Program-made: the position numbers and the translations under genes | Notes under the pieces: generated by a model | Databases searched by the model: none | Told to the model about the DNA's origin: nothing | The model's input: only the letters and a program-made list of their open reading frames with translations | Source of the DNA: Aureliella sp. | Lineage (GTDB): Bacteria; Planctomycetota; Planctomycetia; Pirellulales; Pirellulaceae | Reading direction: 5' to 3' | Length of the DNA stretch: 64,000 nt | Assembly (NCBI GenBank): GCA_963691875.1 | Contig: OY829846.1 | Span: 2,464,001-2,528,000 of the forward strand | Shown: positions 1-9,567 of the stretch, in pieces | Layout: every line of letters starts with the position of its first letter | Position numbering within the stretch: the stretch's first letter is position 1

Positions 1-1
1 C

Positions 2-91
2 GTGAAATTCGTTCCAGGTCACCACCACAGCATGGTCCAGTCTCCGAATATCGAGGTTCTGGCGAGGGAACTAGACGAATTCTTATCCTGA
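2..91 (+). CDS. 3' end of a thioesterase (alpha/beta-hydrolase, NRPS/PKS TE-like) domain protein, partial
   Basis: Frame 2 reads VKFVPGHHHSMVQSPNIEVLARELDEFLS*, matching the TE C-terminal pattern VPGxHxSMxxxPxVxxLA; not in the ORF track. Confidence 0.65.
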   Translation: MKFVPGHHHSMVQSPNIEVLARELDEFLS

Positions 92-276
92 TTCGACTGG
101 CTTTCGTACCTCTTGGAGAACACGCGATAGTTGCTCTGCATCTCGCGATTGGCTCTGTTTCGAACGAACCTGTCTGAACTTGGCCTGTCCGAGAACGATC
201 CGAGTGGAGCGAGCACTTCTAGCGCGTTCGCAACTTCCAATCCCAGAAATGCGACGAGTCAGAGGAGATTCTCAAG

Positions 277-1120
277 ATGCGAAAACTTGCAACGGTTCGA
301 AAAGTTTCTGAAGTCAGACCGATCCCGGACGCCGATCGCATTGAACTCGAGGCTGTTGGCGGCTGGCAGCACGTTGCGTAGAAGGTTGAATTCTCCGTAT
401 GTGAAGAAATCATTTACCGTGAGATTGACTCGTTTCTCCCGGTTCGCGAAGAATTCGGATTATGGCGTAAGAGCTCGTTCAAACGCATGGACGAGCGCGA
501 GGGCTTGCGACTTCGAACGGGACGACTGCGAGGCCAACTTTCTCAAGGCTCGCTGCTTTCCACTTCACTTTTTCCGCGACTGCTTGCGTTAGGCGACGAG
601 GTCAATGAGGATCTCGGAATCGCGAAGTACGAGCCACCAGTACCAGTCAACTTGGCGGGCGAAGCCGTTGGCCCATTTCCCTCCGGTATCGCCAAAACAG
701 ACTAGGAACGAATCCAGAACTTGGCCTTTGAGTTTGAAAGCCACCCGGGAAGGAGTTTTACCTCACAGCAAAACTCTCCAGTCTTGGTCGACACATTGCG
801 ATTTAAGGTGAGCTTTTCGGTCCTGGCATCGAAGGCAACAAGTATTAGCTGCACGAGCATCAGCTGTTCGTGTTCAACGCATTCGACTTGGGTAGTTTTG
901 CGTACAAGAAAAAGGAAGAACGACACGAGTTGTGCAAGAGTCTGGCATTGCAGCAAGTTCCAGGAACGACCTAAGAGATTCTCCAGTTCGCTGAAGGCAA
1001 GAGTGTTGAACGCTCAGACCGATCGCGAAGGACTCGTCTGGGGCCCACGGAAACGGCTCAAACAGAATCTAGTTCAAGGCGATCTCGAGTGCGTTTCTCG
1101 TGGATGACCGAGACGGCTGA
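277..1120 (+). pseudogene. RNA ligase (DRB0094/Rnl2-like family) pseudogene
   Basis: AGAGGAG RBS then MRKLATVRKVSEVRPIPDADRIE..GWQ..*..EIDSFLP..LRGQLSQG..KYEPP..KTD*ERIQNL..I*GELFGPGIEGNKY*..FNAFD..DREGLV..FKAISSAFL; several in-frame stops, frameshifts and an internal deletion. Confidence 0.85.
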
Positions 1121-1182
1121 TGGAATATACGCTGAGTCCAGCGAAGCTAGAATCAACGCTCCCAACCAAGCCAATGAAGTCT

Positions 1183-2568
1183 CTACTTTCTGGGCTTTTT
1201 CCATGCCCTTTGTTTCTTCGGCAACCACTCCCGCAACTCTGCTTTCACCGATGCATAGCCAGGGTCTGAAGCCAAGTTTTTCCACTCATAAGGATCAGCC
1301 TTCTCGTCATACAACTCTTCGTCTCCATTCGCATACGAGATGTACCGCCACTGCTCACTCCTCACAGCATGGTTTTTGTATCCATGCGTGGTAATGGCTG
1401 GAGGCTGCCACTTCGCATCCGGATCAGCCAGCAGAGTGCGGATGCTCTTGCCTTCGACGTGCTCAGGAACTTCGAGTCCAGCCAAGTCGCAGAGTGTCGG
1501 GTAGACGCTCATCAAGTCGACCGGTCGATCGCTCATGGTTCCATCTTGAGTGACGCCAGGTGCAACCCAGATAAACGGCATTCGCGTGGGTTCTTCCCAG
1601 AGTGCAAATTTGCGCCAATGTTGCTTCTCGCCAAAGGACCAGCCATGGTCGCCCCACAGAACAATGATCGTATTATCCTTGTGTGGGCTGCTCTCCAACG
1701 CATCCAATAATCGACCGACGTTCATATCCGTGTAAGCACAAGTGGCTAGGTAAGATCGAATTGCAGCCTTCCATCGGCCGTTCTCTAGAAATCGCTTGTG
1801 ATCGGCTTTAGGCTTGGCCATTTGCAAGCCCGCAGGTGGTAGGTCCTTAAGGTCTCCCTCCAAGATGGGCGGAAGTTGAATCGAATCAAGTGGGAATTGA
1901 TCAAAGTATTTCTTTGGTGCAGAAAATGGCAAATGCGGCTTATAGAGTCCGCAGGCGATGAAAAATGGCTTCTCGTGATTTTCCTTCAGGTGCTTGATGC
2001 AGTATTCGACCGAATGATAGTCGAGCAGGTCGTCGTCTTTGAGTTCGTGCTTCATAGGCTCATGGAAGCCGTCCATTTTCTGGACGCCCGGTCCATTAGG
2101 GTGCAGACCTTCCTTAGACATGTAGTCTGTCCATTCCTCCGGTATGTAGTCCATCGAGTGGTAGATTTTTCCCGCGCCCACGACGTGATAACCAGACTGA
2201 AGGAACTGAGCACTCAAACCTTCACCCGACTTTTGATATTTCTTCCATCCGTCGCCATTCTTATAGCAACCGCTTGTCCAAGGTCGGCGACCGCTCATCA
2301 GGGCACAGCGTGAGGGTTCGCAGGCTGGTACCGCACAATAGGCGTGGCGAAAGCTCAAGCCCATCTTTGCGAGTCGATCAATGTTAGGTGTTTTTGCCTG
2401 TTCGTTCCTTCCCAAGTGCGTCACCCAGTGATTGAGATCGTCAATGGCGATGAACAGCACATTGGGGCGATCTTCCGCATGTGCGAGCGACACTGAAGAG
2501 GCGAGCAAAACAAACAAGCCGTTTGCTTGCAGAATAACCTGAAATAAAAACGAGATTCGAGTCAGCAA
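1183..2568 (-). CDS. Sulfatase (formylglycine-dependent; iduronate/choline sulfatase-like)
   Basis: RPNVLFIAIDDL, CEPSR (CxPxR), GKIYH, KPHLP, GDHG motifs; signal peptide; start codon uncertain. Confidence 0.93.
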   Translation of the reverse strand: MLTRISFLFQVILQANGLFVLLASSVSLAHAEDRPNVLFIAIDDLNHWVTHLGRNEQAKTPNIDRLAKMGLSFRHAYCAVPACEPSRCALMSGRRPWTSGCYKNGDGWKKYQKSGEGLSAQFLQSGYHVVGAGKIYHSMDYIPEEWTDYMSKEGLHPNGPGVQKMDGFHEPMKHELKDDDLLDYHSVEYCIKHLKENHEKPFFIACGLYKPHLPFSAPKKYFDQFPLDSIQLPPILEGDLKDLPPAGLQMAKPKADHKRFLENGRWKAAIRSYLATCAYTDMNVGRLLDALESSPHKDNTIIVLWGDHGWSFGEKQHWRKFALWEEPTRMPFIWVAPGVTQDGTMSDRPVDLMSVYPTLCDLAGLEVPEHVEGKSIRTLLADPDAKWQPPAITTHGYKNHAVRSEQWRYISYANGDEELYDEKADPYEWKNLASDPGYASVKAELREWLPKKQRAWKKPRK

Positions 2569-2627
2569 ACCAACGGCTCCTTGGGCGAGATTGCGAGTGA
2601 GAACGGATTGGAACTAATGATACCAAC

Positions 2628-2665
2628 AAAAACGGCCAGCACGTGAACTCACGAACTGGCCATTT
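2628..2665 (-). terminator. Hairpin, possible intrinsic terminator of the redoxin gene
   Basis: GGCCAG..CGTGA-AC-TCACG..CTGGCC inverted repeat followed by a T-run on the minus strand. Confidence 0.45.
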
Positions 2666-2691
2666 AATTGCAGTCGATGGAAATCGAGCAG

Positions 2692-4203
2692 CTACTTCAG
2701 CAGCTCTTCGATCTTCTCATGCAGGGCTGTCGCGTTGGCTTCGCCCGAGCCGACTTTGATCATGGCAATCTTACCTTCTTTGTCGATCAAGACAGCTTGC
2801 GGTATTCCCGAAACCTTGAATTGCTTCGAATAGTCGCTTTCCTTGCCAGAGACGAAGAAACCGTGATGTAAGCCGTAGCTTTCACGGAATCTCTCGAGCA
2901 TTTCAAGCTCTTCTTCCGGCTCAACTTCATCACCAGTGGATCGAGTTGCTCGTCCTGCATCGGCGTCCCAGGTGTAGTTGTAGAACCTGGTAGCCCCCAA
3001 GATGACCAGCCCCTTGTCGGCATACTCTTCGTGCCATTCGATCAGGTGAGGAAAAGTTGCAATGCAAGGTCCGCACCAGACTGCCCAAAAGTCAATCAAA
3101 ACCACCTTGCCCTTTAAGTCAGCCATCGAAACCTTGTCGGTTGCGACAAAGTACTCAGCATCGATCTCAGGAGCTTGCGTGCCGATCAGCTTCAGACGCT
3201 CCAGAGTGCTTTGCAGGCGAGCACGTGTACTTGCAATGTTCCGCTTGACCGTTGTCAGGCGGTCCTGCTCGGATTCATCCAATTTCTCACTGAACTCTTT
3301 CAAACGTGCTTCCACGTCCTCGAGCATCTCCGAGGCTTTCTCAGGTTCGGAGTAAATGGCACTACTGATCGGACGCGAAACCATCGAGTAGTAGAGGCTG
3401 AATGCAGATGCCTTGGCATCTTCTGCTTCTAGCCCCTTGAGCGTCAAGTCCGTCGCTTCTTTGACGGCCGCCTCAGCTTCTTCAGGGAAGTCGCCAGACA
3501 GATACCGATCGTAAGTCTGCGCGGCATTTGTAAAACGTTGCATGGCGACAGGACTTCCCTCTTCAAGCTTTTTGCGAGACTCGGCAAGCTGGCCATCTAG
3601 GATTCTTTTGATTTCTTCGACCCTGTCGAGCTCCCTCAACACGCGAAGCTTAGAAGACTCAAGGTTGGTCAGATAGAGGGCACCTTTCGGACCAAGTTCC
3701 TGGAGCTTGCTGGTTGCTTTCTCAACCATCGCCAGCTTTTCTTCACCCGGCAACTCACGCTCCATGCCAACACGATAACTGGTGGTCATCGACAATATCG
3801 ATGCATGTCCGACCGAGAAATCATCGATTGCGATCAAAGCGTCAAATTGCGCCCCGAGCCTTTCCAGGGTCTTGGGGAGGTCAACACGCGGCAGCGAGCG
3901 GCAAAGTGTTGTATTGTGGCGAAAGGCATTCAGGTCCGTTGGGTCTTTCTCGAATGCGGCATCGATCATCTCGATCAGGGTGTCGTAATCGCCTTTGCGA
4001 ATCAGGCTGCTCACGGTCTTCGTATCGAGCGTGAGCTTCTCTTCTTCGACCTCATCGACGACTTCAATCGAGCGGTCTGTCTCCTGGGCCAAACAGGCTG
4101 GACTGGCTCCCAGGCTCAAGCCAATCGCCACGGTGAGGCTTGCTTGACTGACACGCCCAGTCAGCGTTGCAAGTAAGTGTTTCGGTGAGGATGCGTTTTT
4201 CAT
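2692..4203 (-). CDS. TlpA/ResA-like thiol-disulfide oxidoreductase with long helical N-terminal region
   Basis: KGKVVLIDFWAVWCGPC and GIPQAVLIDKEG motifs; signal peptide after MKNASS (likely start 4203). Confidence 0.9.
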   Translation of the reverse strand: MKNASSPKHLLATLTGRVSQASLTVAIGLSLGASPACLAQETDRSIEVVDEVEEEKLTLDTKTVSSLIRKGDYDTLIEMIDAAFEKDPTDLNAFRHNTTLCRSLPRVDLPKTLERLGAQFDALIAIDDFSVGHASILSMTTSYRVGMERELPGEEKLAMVEKATSKLQELGPKGALYLTNLESSKLRVLRELDRVEEIKRILDGQLAESRKKLEEGSPVAMQRFTNAAQTYDRYLSGDFPEEAEAAVKEATDLTLKGLEAEDAKASAFSLYYSMVSRPISSAIYSEPEKASEMLEDVEARLKEFSEKLDESEQDRLTTVKRNIASTRARLQSTLERLKLIGTQAPEIDAEYFVATDKVSMADLKGKVVLIDFWAVWCGPCIATFPHLIEWHEEYADKGLVILGATRFYNYTWDADAGRATRSTGDEVEPEEELEMLERFRESYGLHHGFFVSGKESDYSKQFKVSGIPQAVLIDKEGKIAMIKVGSGEANATALHEKIEELLK

Positions 4204-4443
4204 GTACGCGAGACCTTTTCGTTCAGGAGGGATGGTTGGCACAGGCGGCCAGACTTGAGCCAACTATTCTAACCCAAGCTCAGAAGCTGACGAGTCACAA
4301 AGCCCCAATGTCCGTCGCAAGTTTTCGAACGGATGCCCGATTATTTAACGAAGATGATAGATTAGCACTCAACTCAATGAAGTCTTTGGGCACCAAATTA
4401 GTAAGGAATAGATCCTGGCTGCGTTTGCAAGCACTCGATGCAA

Positions 4444-5418
4444 CTACTTGCCGGGAGGAATCGTTAACAGCACTTTTTTTTGTTGCTTCAAGCCATCAGC
4501 GGTGGAAGCGGGCGGCCGCTCTCCCTCATCACCAAACAGCTCTCTATCCCAGTTCGTGTCGAGCAGCAAGTCAAAGCCTGGATTCTGCTCTTTGACTTGA
4601 CACGAACATGCAGCGCATAAGAACCCGGTTAGATCCTGCAGCAGCGCCGGAGTCAATTGTGAAGCAGGAATAACCTCAAGCGCACGGCCGCGTCCGAAAA
4701 TGGGAACCACAAGTGGTTCGTCTTTCTCGAATGCTTCGGGCTGAAGCCCAGCCAGCATTTGCAATAAGTAATCTTCTTTGGCGTCATCGCGCGAGAGCTT
4801 GAGCGAACTGAACTTTAGCAGCAGTGGTACCTCCGAAAACAACTCCGAGCCAGGCAGACCGATTCCCTCGGGTAACTCGAGGCTCTGAGAGAGTTTTTCG
4901 GTCTCGACTTGCAGCATTTCTTGCACTCGCTTGTTTGCTGCTAAGTCTTTCGTCGATTGCAGAAAAAGCCATACAATTGCATCACCGGAAGTAAGTCGCT
5001 TGCCAAGCTCGATCCGAATCGGGGACTGCAAGGCAGAATTCGATTTCTGAAGTGGTCCATGCCACGCAATAAACGGCCCGCGAGCATGCTTGCCTTCGAT
5101 CATTACATAGGGCGTCTTGATCTCAGGATGAATCTCCGTAAGCCGCTCCCAGGACGCACGCCTCGCTGAATTCTGATTTTCTAGGAGATGAACCCATTCG
5201 GTTTCGATATTGCTTTTGGTGCCGTCATCCGAGACCGCGTCCAGTTGCTTCCACAGGTCCAAGTCCTCGTTCAAAACCCTACCTTCCACAAAGACCGTCA
5301 CCTTGAGTCGGTCACTAGCCCAGCGCTCCAGCGCGTACCGGAACACGGGAATGTTACAGGCGACTGCCGGAATCGCGAGGAGGGATAGAAAAGCAACTAA
5401 TAGGATTCGTTTTGTCAT
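4444..5418 (-). CDS. Secreted hypothetical protein
   Basis: Start MTKRILLVAF signal peptide; CNIPVFRYALERW and CAACSCQVKEQNPGFDLL Cys motifs. Confidence 0.75.
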   Translation of the reverse strand: MTKRILLVAFLSLLAIPAVACNIPVFRYALERWASDRLKVTVFVEGRVLNEDLDLWKQLDAVSDDGTKSNIETEWVHLLENQNSARRASWERLTEIHPEIKTPYVMIEGKHARGPFIAWHGPLQKSNSALQSPIRIELGKRLTSGDAIVWLFLQSTKDLAANKRVQEMLQVETEKLSQSLELPEGIGLPGSELFSEVPLLLKFSSLKLSRDDAKEDYLLQMLAGLQPEAFEKDEPLVVPIFGRGRALEVIPASQLTPALLQDLTGFLCAACSCQVKEQNPGFDLLLDTNWDRELFGDEGERPPASTADGLKQQKKVLLTIPPGK

Positions 5419-5659
5419 CGGTTTGCGGCAGAACGAGGAGAATGCGGACGGAAGACATTTTAGCAGCCGCAGTAGAAAATATCCGAAACATCTTTGCGAG
5501 TGAACGAGATTGAGAATCCTGGAATTTGCAAGAATCCGTGGCCGTTTGAGTAGTCTTTCAGCAATTAACAACTGAGGAGGTAACGTTTGCACAGCGCCCA
5601 GTTGTGCCGTGTTCGAAGCCTTAAAAATGGACAAATAGAAAGATATAAGGAGCCCACAA

Positions 5660-5977
5660 ATGAATAGCATCCAAAAACCTGAAGCCAATCCTGTCGTTTC
5701 AGCCCTTCTGACTCTGCTCATTCTTAATTTGGGTCATGTCATCATTAACGGCCAAACCAAGAAATGGGCCATGATTTTTCTGGCGACCATCATCGGGACC
5801 TTTCTGTGTGTTCTTCCGGGTTTGGTTATCTGGATTCTCAGCGTTCTCGACTCATATCAAACCGCCGAGAGACTCCGGGCGGGGGAAGAAATTCCTGAGA
5901 ACGAGTACACGAATCCAACTCTTTATAAGATCTGCAGGATGATTGATAAGTCAGCCACTTGCAGGAACGCTTCGTAA
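5660..5977 (+). CDS. Small membrane protein
   Basis: AAGGAG RBS; 2-3 hydrophobic helices. Confidence 0.7.
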   Translation: MNSIQKPEANPVVSALLTLLILNLGHVIINGQTKKWAMIFLATIIGTFLCVLPGLVIWILSVLDSYQTAERLRAGEEIPENEYTNPTLYKICRMIDKSATCRNAS

Positions 5978-6127
5978 CAACCTCGCTCGTTCGGCTTCGT
6001 TGGAAGAACAGGTAGTTTAGGCGATTTTTCAGATCTCAAGGACATGATCTCAAGAGCGGGTTATCTGCTGACGATCTAGCAAGGGACGCTGGTATTTGCC
6101 AGCGAAAGCCATTCTTGAGGTCGTGCT

Positions 6128-6415
6128 GTGATGATTAATGAAACTCCCGTTGAAAAGACCCGCCGAGCCATTTCCAATCACCTGGAGATGTTCGGTGCGA
6201 ACAACGCGGACTCGCTGCACGAAACCATGCTAATCCACAATGGCTTGTTTTGTGGACGAAAATTCAAATGCGACGAATACGAAGTCGTCTGGTTTCTCGA
6301 AGAAGATGAAATCAAGTTCTTTAGCCCTGTGGGCGAACTGCTGAAAGCCTGCAGTGCTATTGAGTGCTTGCAAGGCGTTGAGCACCTCAATACCGAACAG
6401 AGAAAAGCTGCTTAG
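6128..6415 (+). CDS. Hypothetical protein (planctomycete-type)
   Basis: ETMLIHNGLFCGRKF..VWFLEEDEIKFF..RKAA; GAGG RBS. Confidence 0.7.
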   Translation: MMINETPVEKTRRAISNHLEMFGANNADSLHETMLIHNGLFCGRKFKCDEYEVVWFLEEDEIKFFSPVGELLKACSAIECLQGVEHLNTEQRKAA

Positions 6416-6610
6416 ACTCAGCAGCGACCTGCTGGTCTCACGAACGCATTCGCGATGTCGCAACCAAGCCGTTGATGATTTTGCGCCGATCTGGGCTCAA
6501 GCTCGGGTTAAGAAGTTCCGATTATGACGATTAACCCCATTGTGATGGGTAATCGTTGTTCGTTTGCTAGCTGCCAATGCTAGTAAGGAGCGGAACAGGA
6601 GCGCTCTACT

Positions 6611-7903
6611 ATGTCGCTAAATGCCAAACTCCACCTACCTCTCTGGTGCGCAGGTTGTTGCCTAACTTTCACTGGCTGCGTCACCTCTGGGCAGAGTGCT
6701 AGCAACGATCCATTTGGTCCACCTACTGCCGCCAAACCTGGGATCATGCAATCGATCTCGGGCACCGCTGCTGGAATCGGCGGGCAGATCAAGTCGATGG
6801 GAACCGCCATTACCGGAGCGTTCACCAAAACCAAAGACGCGATAACTCAGCCTTTCACTCCAGCGACGAATCCAAACGCGGATCCGCTCAGTTTGAGCAA
6901 CATGCCTTCGACCAAAAGCTTGGAGCCAGAGATCTGGGTAGCGAATGGTCAGCTCTATGAAGCTCGGAAAATGTTCGACAAGGCTTACGAGGATTACTCT
7001 AAGGCACTGCAGCTTCAACCGAACAACGAAGCAGCCTTGCTTAGCATGGCCCGACTTCACGCCCGACAATCCAAACACGTTGAGGCGTCTCAGTACTTCG
7101 AGAAAGCAATTGCAGTTGCTCCACGTCCGGAAACCTACAGCGATTATGCCAAGACGCTGGGTGGCATGGGCAAAAACGCAGAGGCATTGGGCGCGGCGTC
7201 CAAAGCTATTGAAATGGACAACACGAACCCTAAGTATCGCAACAACCTCGCGGGACTGCTCGTCCAGCAGGGGAGATCGGAGGAGGCCTCACAGCTGCTT
7301 CAACAAGGTGGCTTGTTTACTCCCGGCGAAGCGAATTACAACGTGGCGTACTTGAACTTCAAGAACAACAACATGCCTTCTGCACGACAATACCTTCAAA
7401 CTGCTTTGCAGCACGAGCCTGGGCTACAGCAAGCTCGTGACTTGCTGAATCAAATTAGTAACAGTCACGGCACGCAAGCGGCAGTTGCCGCTTTTCAAAC
7501 TGCGGGCAACCTGTACCGCACCGCCGAAGCAGTGATTCGGCCTCAGACACCGGCCAATGCAGCCGTGTACCAAGTGCCCCCTGCGAGCGCTAACGGCGCC
7601 GCAAGCTACGCCAGCCCGGCACCGAGCAACGGTATTCCAAGCACTCCAACCTCTCCGCTGCCAGCAAGCGCTCGACCACAACTAGGCGTCCCAACTCAAT
7701 CAAACGCACCGACCAGCTACACCTTGCCCCAAGCAACCGGCAGAACACCAGCCACTAGCAGCACCGGAACAGCCTCAAGCACCGGCAGCGCGACGAGCGT
7801 TGCCGATTTACCTGCACCCAACACCTTGCCGCCACCATCGGCCGGTGTTGGCTCACTTTCTTACCCTTCGCTGCCAAGCGGTGGGTTGCCGACAAGGCAA
7901 TAA
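6611..7903 (+). CDS. TPR-repeat protein, probable lipoprotein, with Pro/Ser/Thr-rich tail
   Basis: FTGC lipobox-like motif; several TPR helices (KALQLQPNN, KAIEMDNTN); low-complexity C-terminus. Confidence 0.85.
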   Translation: MSLNAKLHLPLWCAGCCLTFTGCVTSGQSASNDPFGPPTAAKPGIMQSISGTAAGIGGQIKSMGTAITGAFTKTKDAITQPFTPATNPNADPLSLSNMPSTKSLEPEIWVANGQLYEARKMFDKAYEDYSKALQLQPNNEAALLSMARLHARQSKHVEASQYFEKAIAVAPRPETYSDYAKTLGGMGKNAEALGAASKAIEMDNTNPKYRNNLAGLLVQQGRSEEASQLLQQGGLFTPGEANYNVAYLNFKNNNMPSARQYLQTALQHEPGLQQARDLLNQISNSHGTQAAVAAFQTAGNLYRTAEAVIRPQTPANAAVYQVPPASANGAASYASPAPSNGIPSTPTSPLPASARPQLGVPTQSNAPTSYTLPQATGRTPATSSTGTASSTGSATSVADLPAPNTLPPPSAGVGSLSYPSLPSGGLPTRQ

Positions 7904-7981
7904 AAAAGCCAGCGTGACCGACTTGGTTCACACTGGCTAGTAGATTTCAAGAACGCGCCCCTATCAGGCTTGCTCTTCCGG

Positions 7982-9355
7982 CTAGACGCCTTCGATCTCG
8001 TAGCCATCTCGATAAGGCCGCGCCAGCATTGCATTGGCTTGATCGTCGCCGATGATCTGCTCCTTCTGGTCATCCCACTTCAGCGGACGACCCAATCGAG
8101 CAGCAATACCGGCCAAATGACAAGTATTGAGCATCTTCATGTGCGAGTGCACATCGGAAATCGGCTCTTCTCGCGTCTTAACACAGTGGAAGAAGTTGGC
8201 CCAGTGAGCCTTTCTTTCGTTGTGCTCGAGTGGCAAGCCTTTGTAGACTTTCTGGATCGCATCTGCTGGCAGCGGATCATCCTTCAGAGCTTCTACGGGT
8301 GCACCGACGAGTTTGCCTCGGTTCACAAAGATTCGCCCCTTATCACCTTCGATCATACAGCCGTTGTCGGTGTCGTTGCGAATAATCATCTCCGTGCCGC
8401 CTGGAAACTGAGCGCTGAACAAGAATCTTGTCGCCGTGTTGTAACGATCTATTTGCTGAGCCACGCCGTCCTTGAAGTCAACGGGATGGTCTGCTGAGCC
8501 ACCGATGGAAATAGGACTTGCGGACTGACCATTCAAAGCCAAGGCCCAGGTGCAAATATCGACATGGTGCGCACCCCAGTCGGTGAGTTTGCCTCCGGAA
8601 TACTCATACCACCAACGGAATTCGTAATGGCAGTTGGTATTGCCCCGACCACGCTTACTCTTAGCAGGAGGAAGATGACGGTAGTCGCATGACGGTGCTG
8701 GGCCCAACCAACGATCCCAGTCCAATCCAGTCGGAACTTCCGCGACTGGAATCTCAGGGCTAGTCGGAGCTCCACCGATGGCGGCCGAGACTTTCTTGAT
8801 TCGTCCCAAGCGACCTTCGTTGACAAGTGCCATCGCTTTGGTGAACAGATTGAAGGTGCTTCGCTGCTGCGTACCGACTTGTACGATGCGCCCGGTTTCT
8901 TTTTGGACCTTGCGAATCAATTTGCCTTCGTCGATCGTTAGCGTCAGTGGCTTCTCGCAGTAGATATCTTTGCCAGCCAACATTGCTTCGACCACGGGCT
9001 TGGTGTGCCAGTGATCAGGCGTCGCAACGTGAATCACATCGATATCGTCTCGCTCGAGAACTTTTCGGTAGTCGGCATACACACTCGCCTTGCCCCCGCT
9101 TCGATTCTTGTTCATAGCTTCGCCACGACCAGCGTCCGCATCGGCAATGGCGACAATGTCGACCCAATCCTTGGCGGCATTCATGTTGCCGTTCGCCATT
9201 CCGCCGGCACCGATGACTCCAATGTTCAGTCGGTCATTCTTCGCGATTGGCTTCGCTGACGCGGTTTGGGAAGTGACGAAGTAGGGGATAGTGGCCACAG
9301 CAGAAGCAGCAGCTGATTTTTGCAGGAAGCTACGGCGGTTTTTGGTCGAAGCCAT
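7982..9355 (-). CDS. Gfo/Idh/MocA family oxidoreductase, Tat-exported
   Basis: RRSFL Tat motif; GVIGAGG; ATPDHWH; YCEKP; DWGAHH. Confidence 0.93.
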   Translation of the reverse strand: MASTKNRRSFLQKSAAASAVATIPYFVTSQTASAKPIAKNDRLNIGVIGAGGMANGNMNAAKDWVDIVAIADADAGRGEAMNKNRSGGKASVYADYRKVLERDDIDVIHVATPDHWHTKPVVEAMLAGKDIYCEKPLTLTIDEGKLIRKVQKETGRIVQVGTQQRSTFNLFTKAMALVNEGRLGRIKKVSAAIGGAPTSPEIPVAEVPTGLDWDRWLGPAPSCDYRHLPPAKSKRGRGNTNCHYEFRWWYEYSGGKLTDWGAHHVDICTWALALNGQSASPISIGGSADHPVDFKDGVAQQIDRYNTATRFLFSAQFPGGTEMIIRNDTDNGCMIEGDKGRIFVNRGKLVGAPVEALKDDPLPADAIQKVYKGLPLEHNERKAHWANFFHCVKTREEPISDVHSHMKMLNTCHLAGIAARLGRPLKWDDQKEQIIGDDQANAMLARPYRDGYEIEGV

Positions 9356-9429
9356 TCAGAGATATCCTTTGAATTTGGAGGTGGGATGCGGAAGCACTCC
9401 GCGTCCAGACAGTATAGCTACCCAATCCC

Positions 9430-9554
9430 GTCGTGGGATTCGCCAAAGTTCCTTCTCCTCCTGTAGCGGGATTCGCCGGAATTCCTTCTCCCTCTTGCTT
9501 CTTCACTCAACCGCCCTCCCGTCCCCCGATAGGACTTCTGGCGAAGTCCACTAA
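9430..9554. repeat. Cluster of three degenerate REP-like palindromes
   Basis: GTCGTGGGATTCGCCAAAGTTCC (9430), GTAGCGGGATTCGCCGGAATTCC (9463) and inverted TTAGTGGACTTCGCCAGAAGTCC (9554-9532). Confidence 0.6.
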
Positions 9555-9567
9555 ATTTCAACGCGCT

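Noticed and set aside
131..1107. ORF-track ORFs 131..592, 487..705 and 721..1107 as genes
   Set aside because: Off-frame or partial readings of the ligase pseudogene
4444..5721. Extended N-termini in the ORF track (also 18184, 21685, 23641, 35331, 53255, 59956)
   Set aside because: Downstream ATGs fit signal peptides or domain starts better and avoid overlaps
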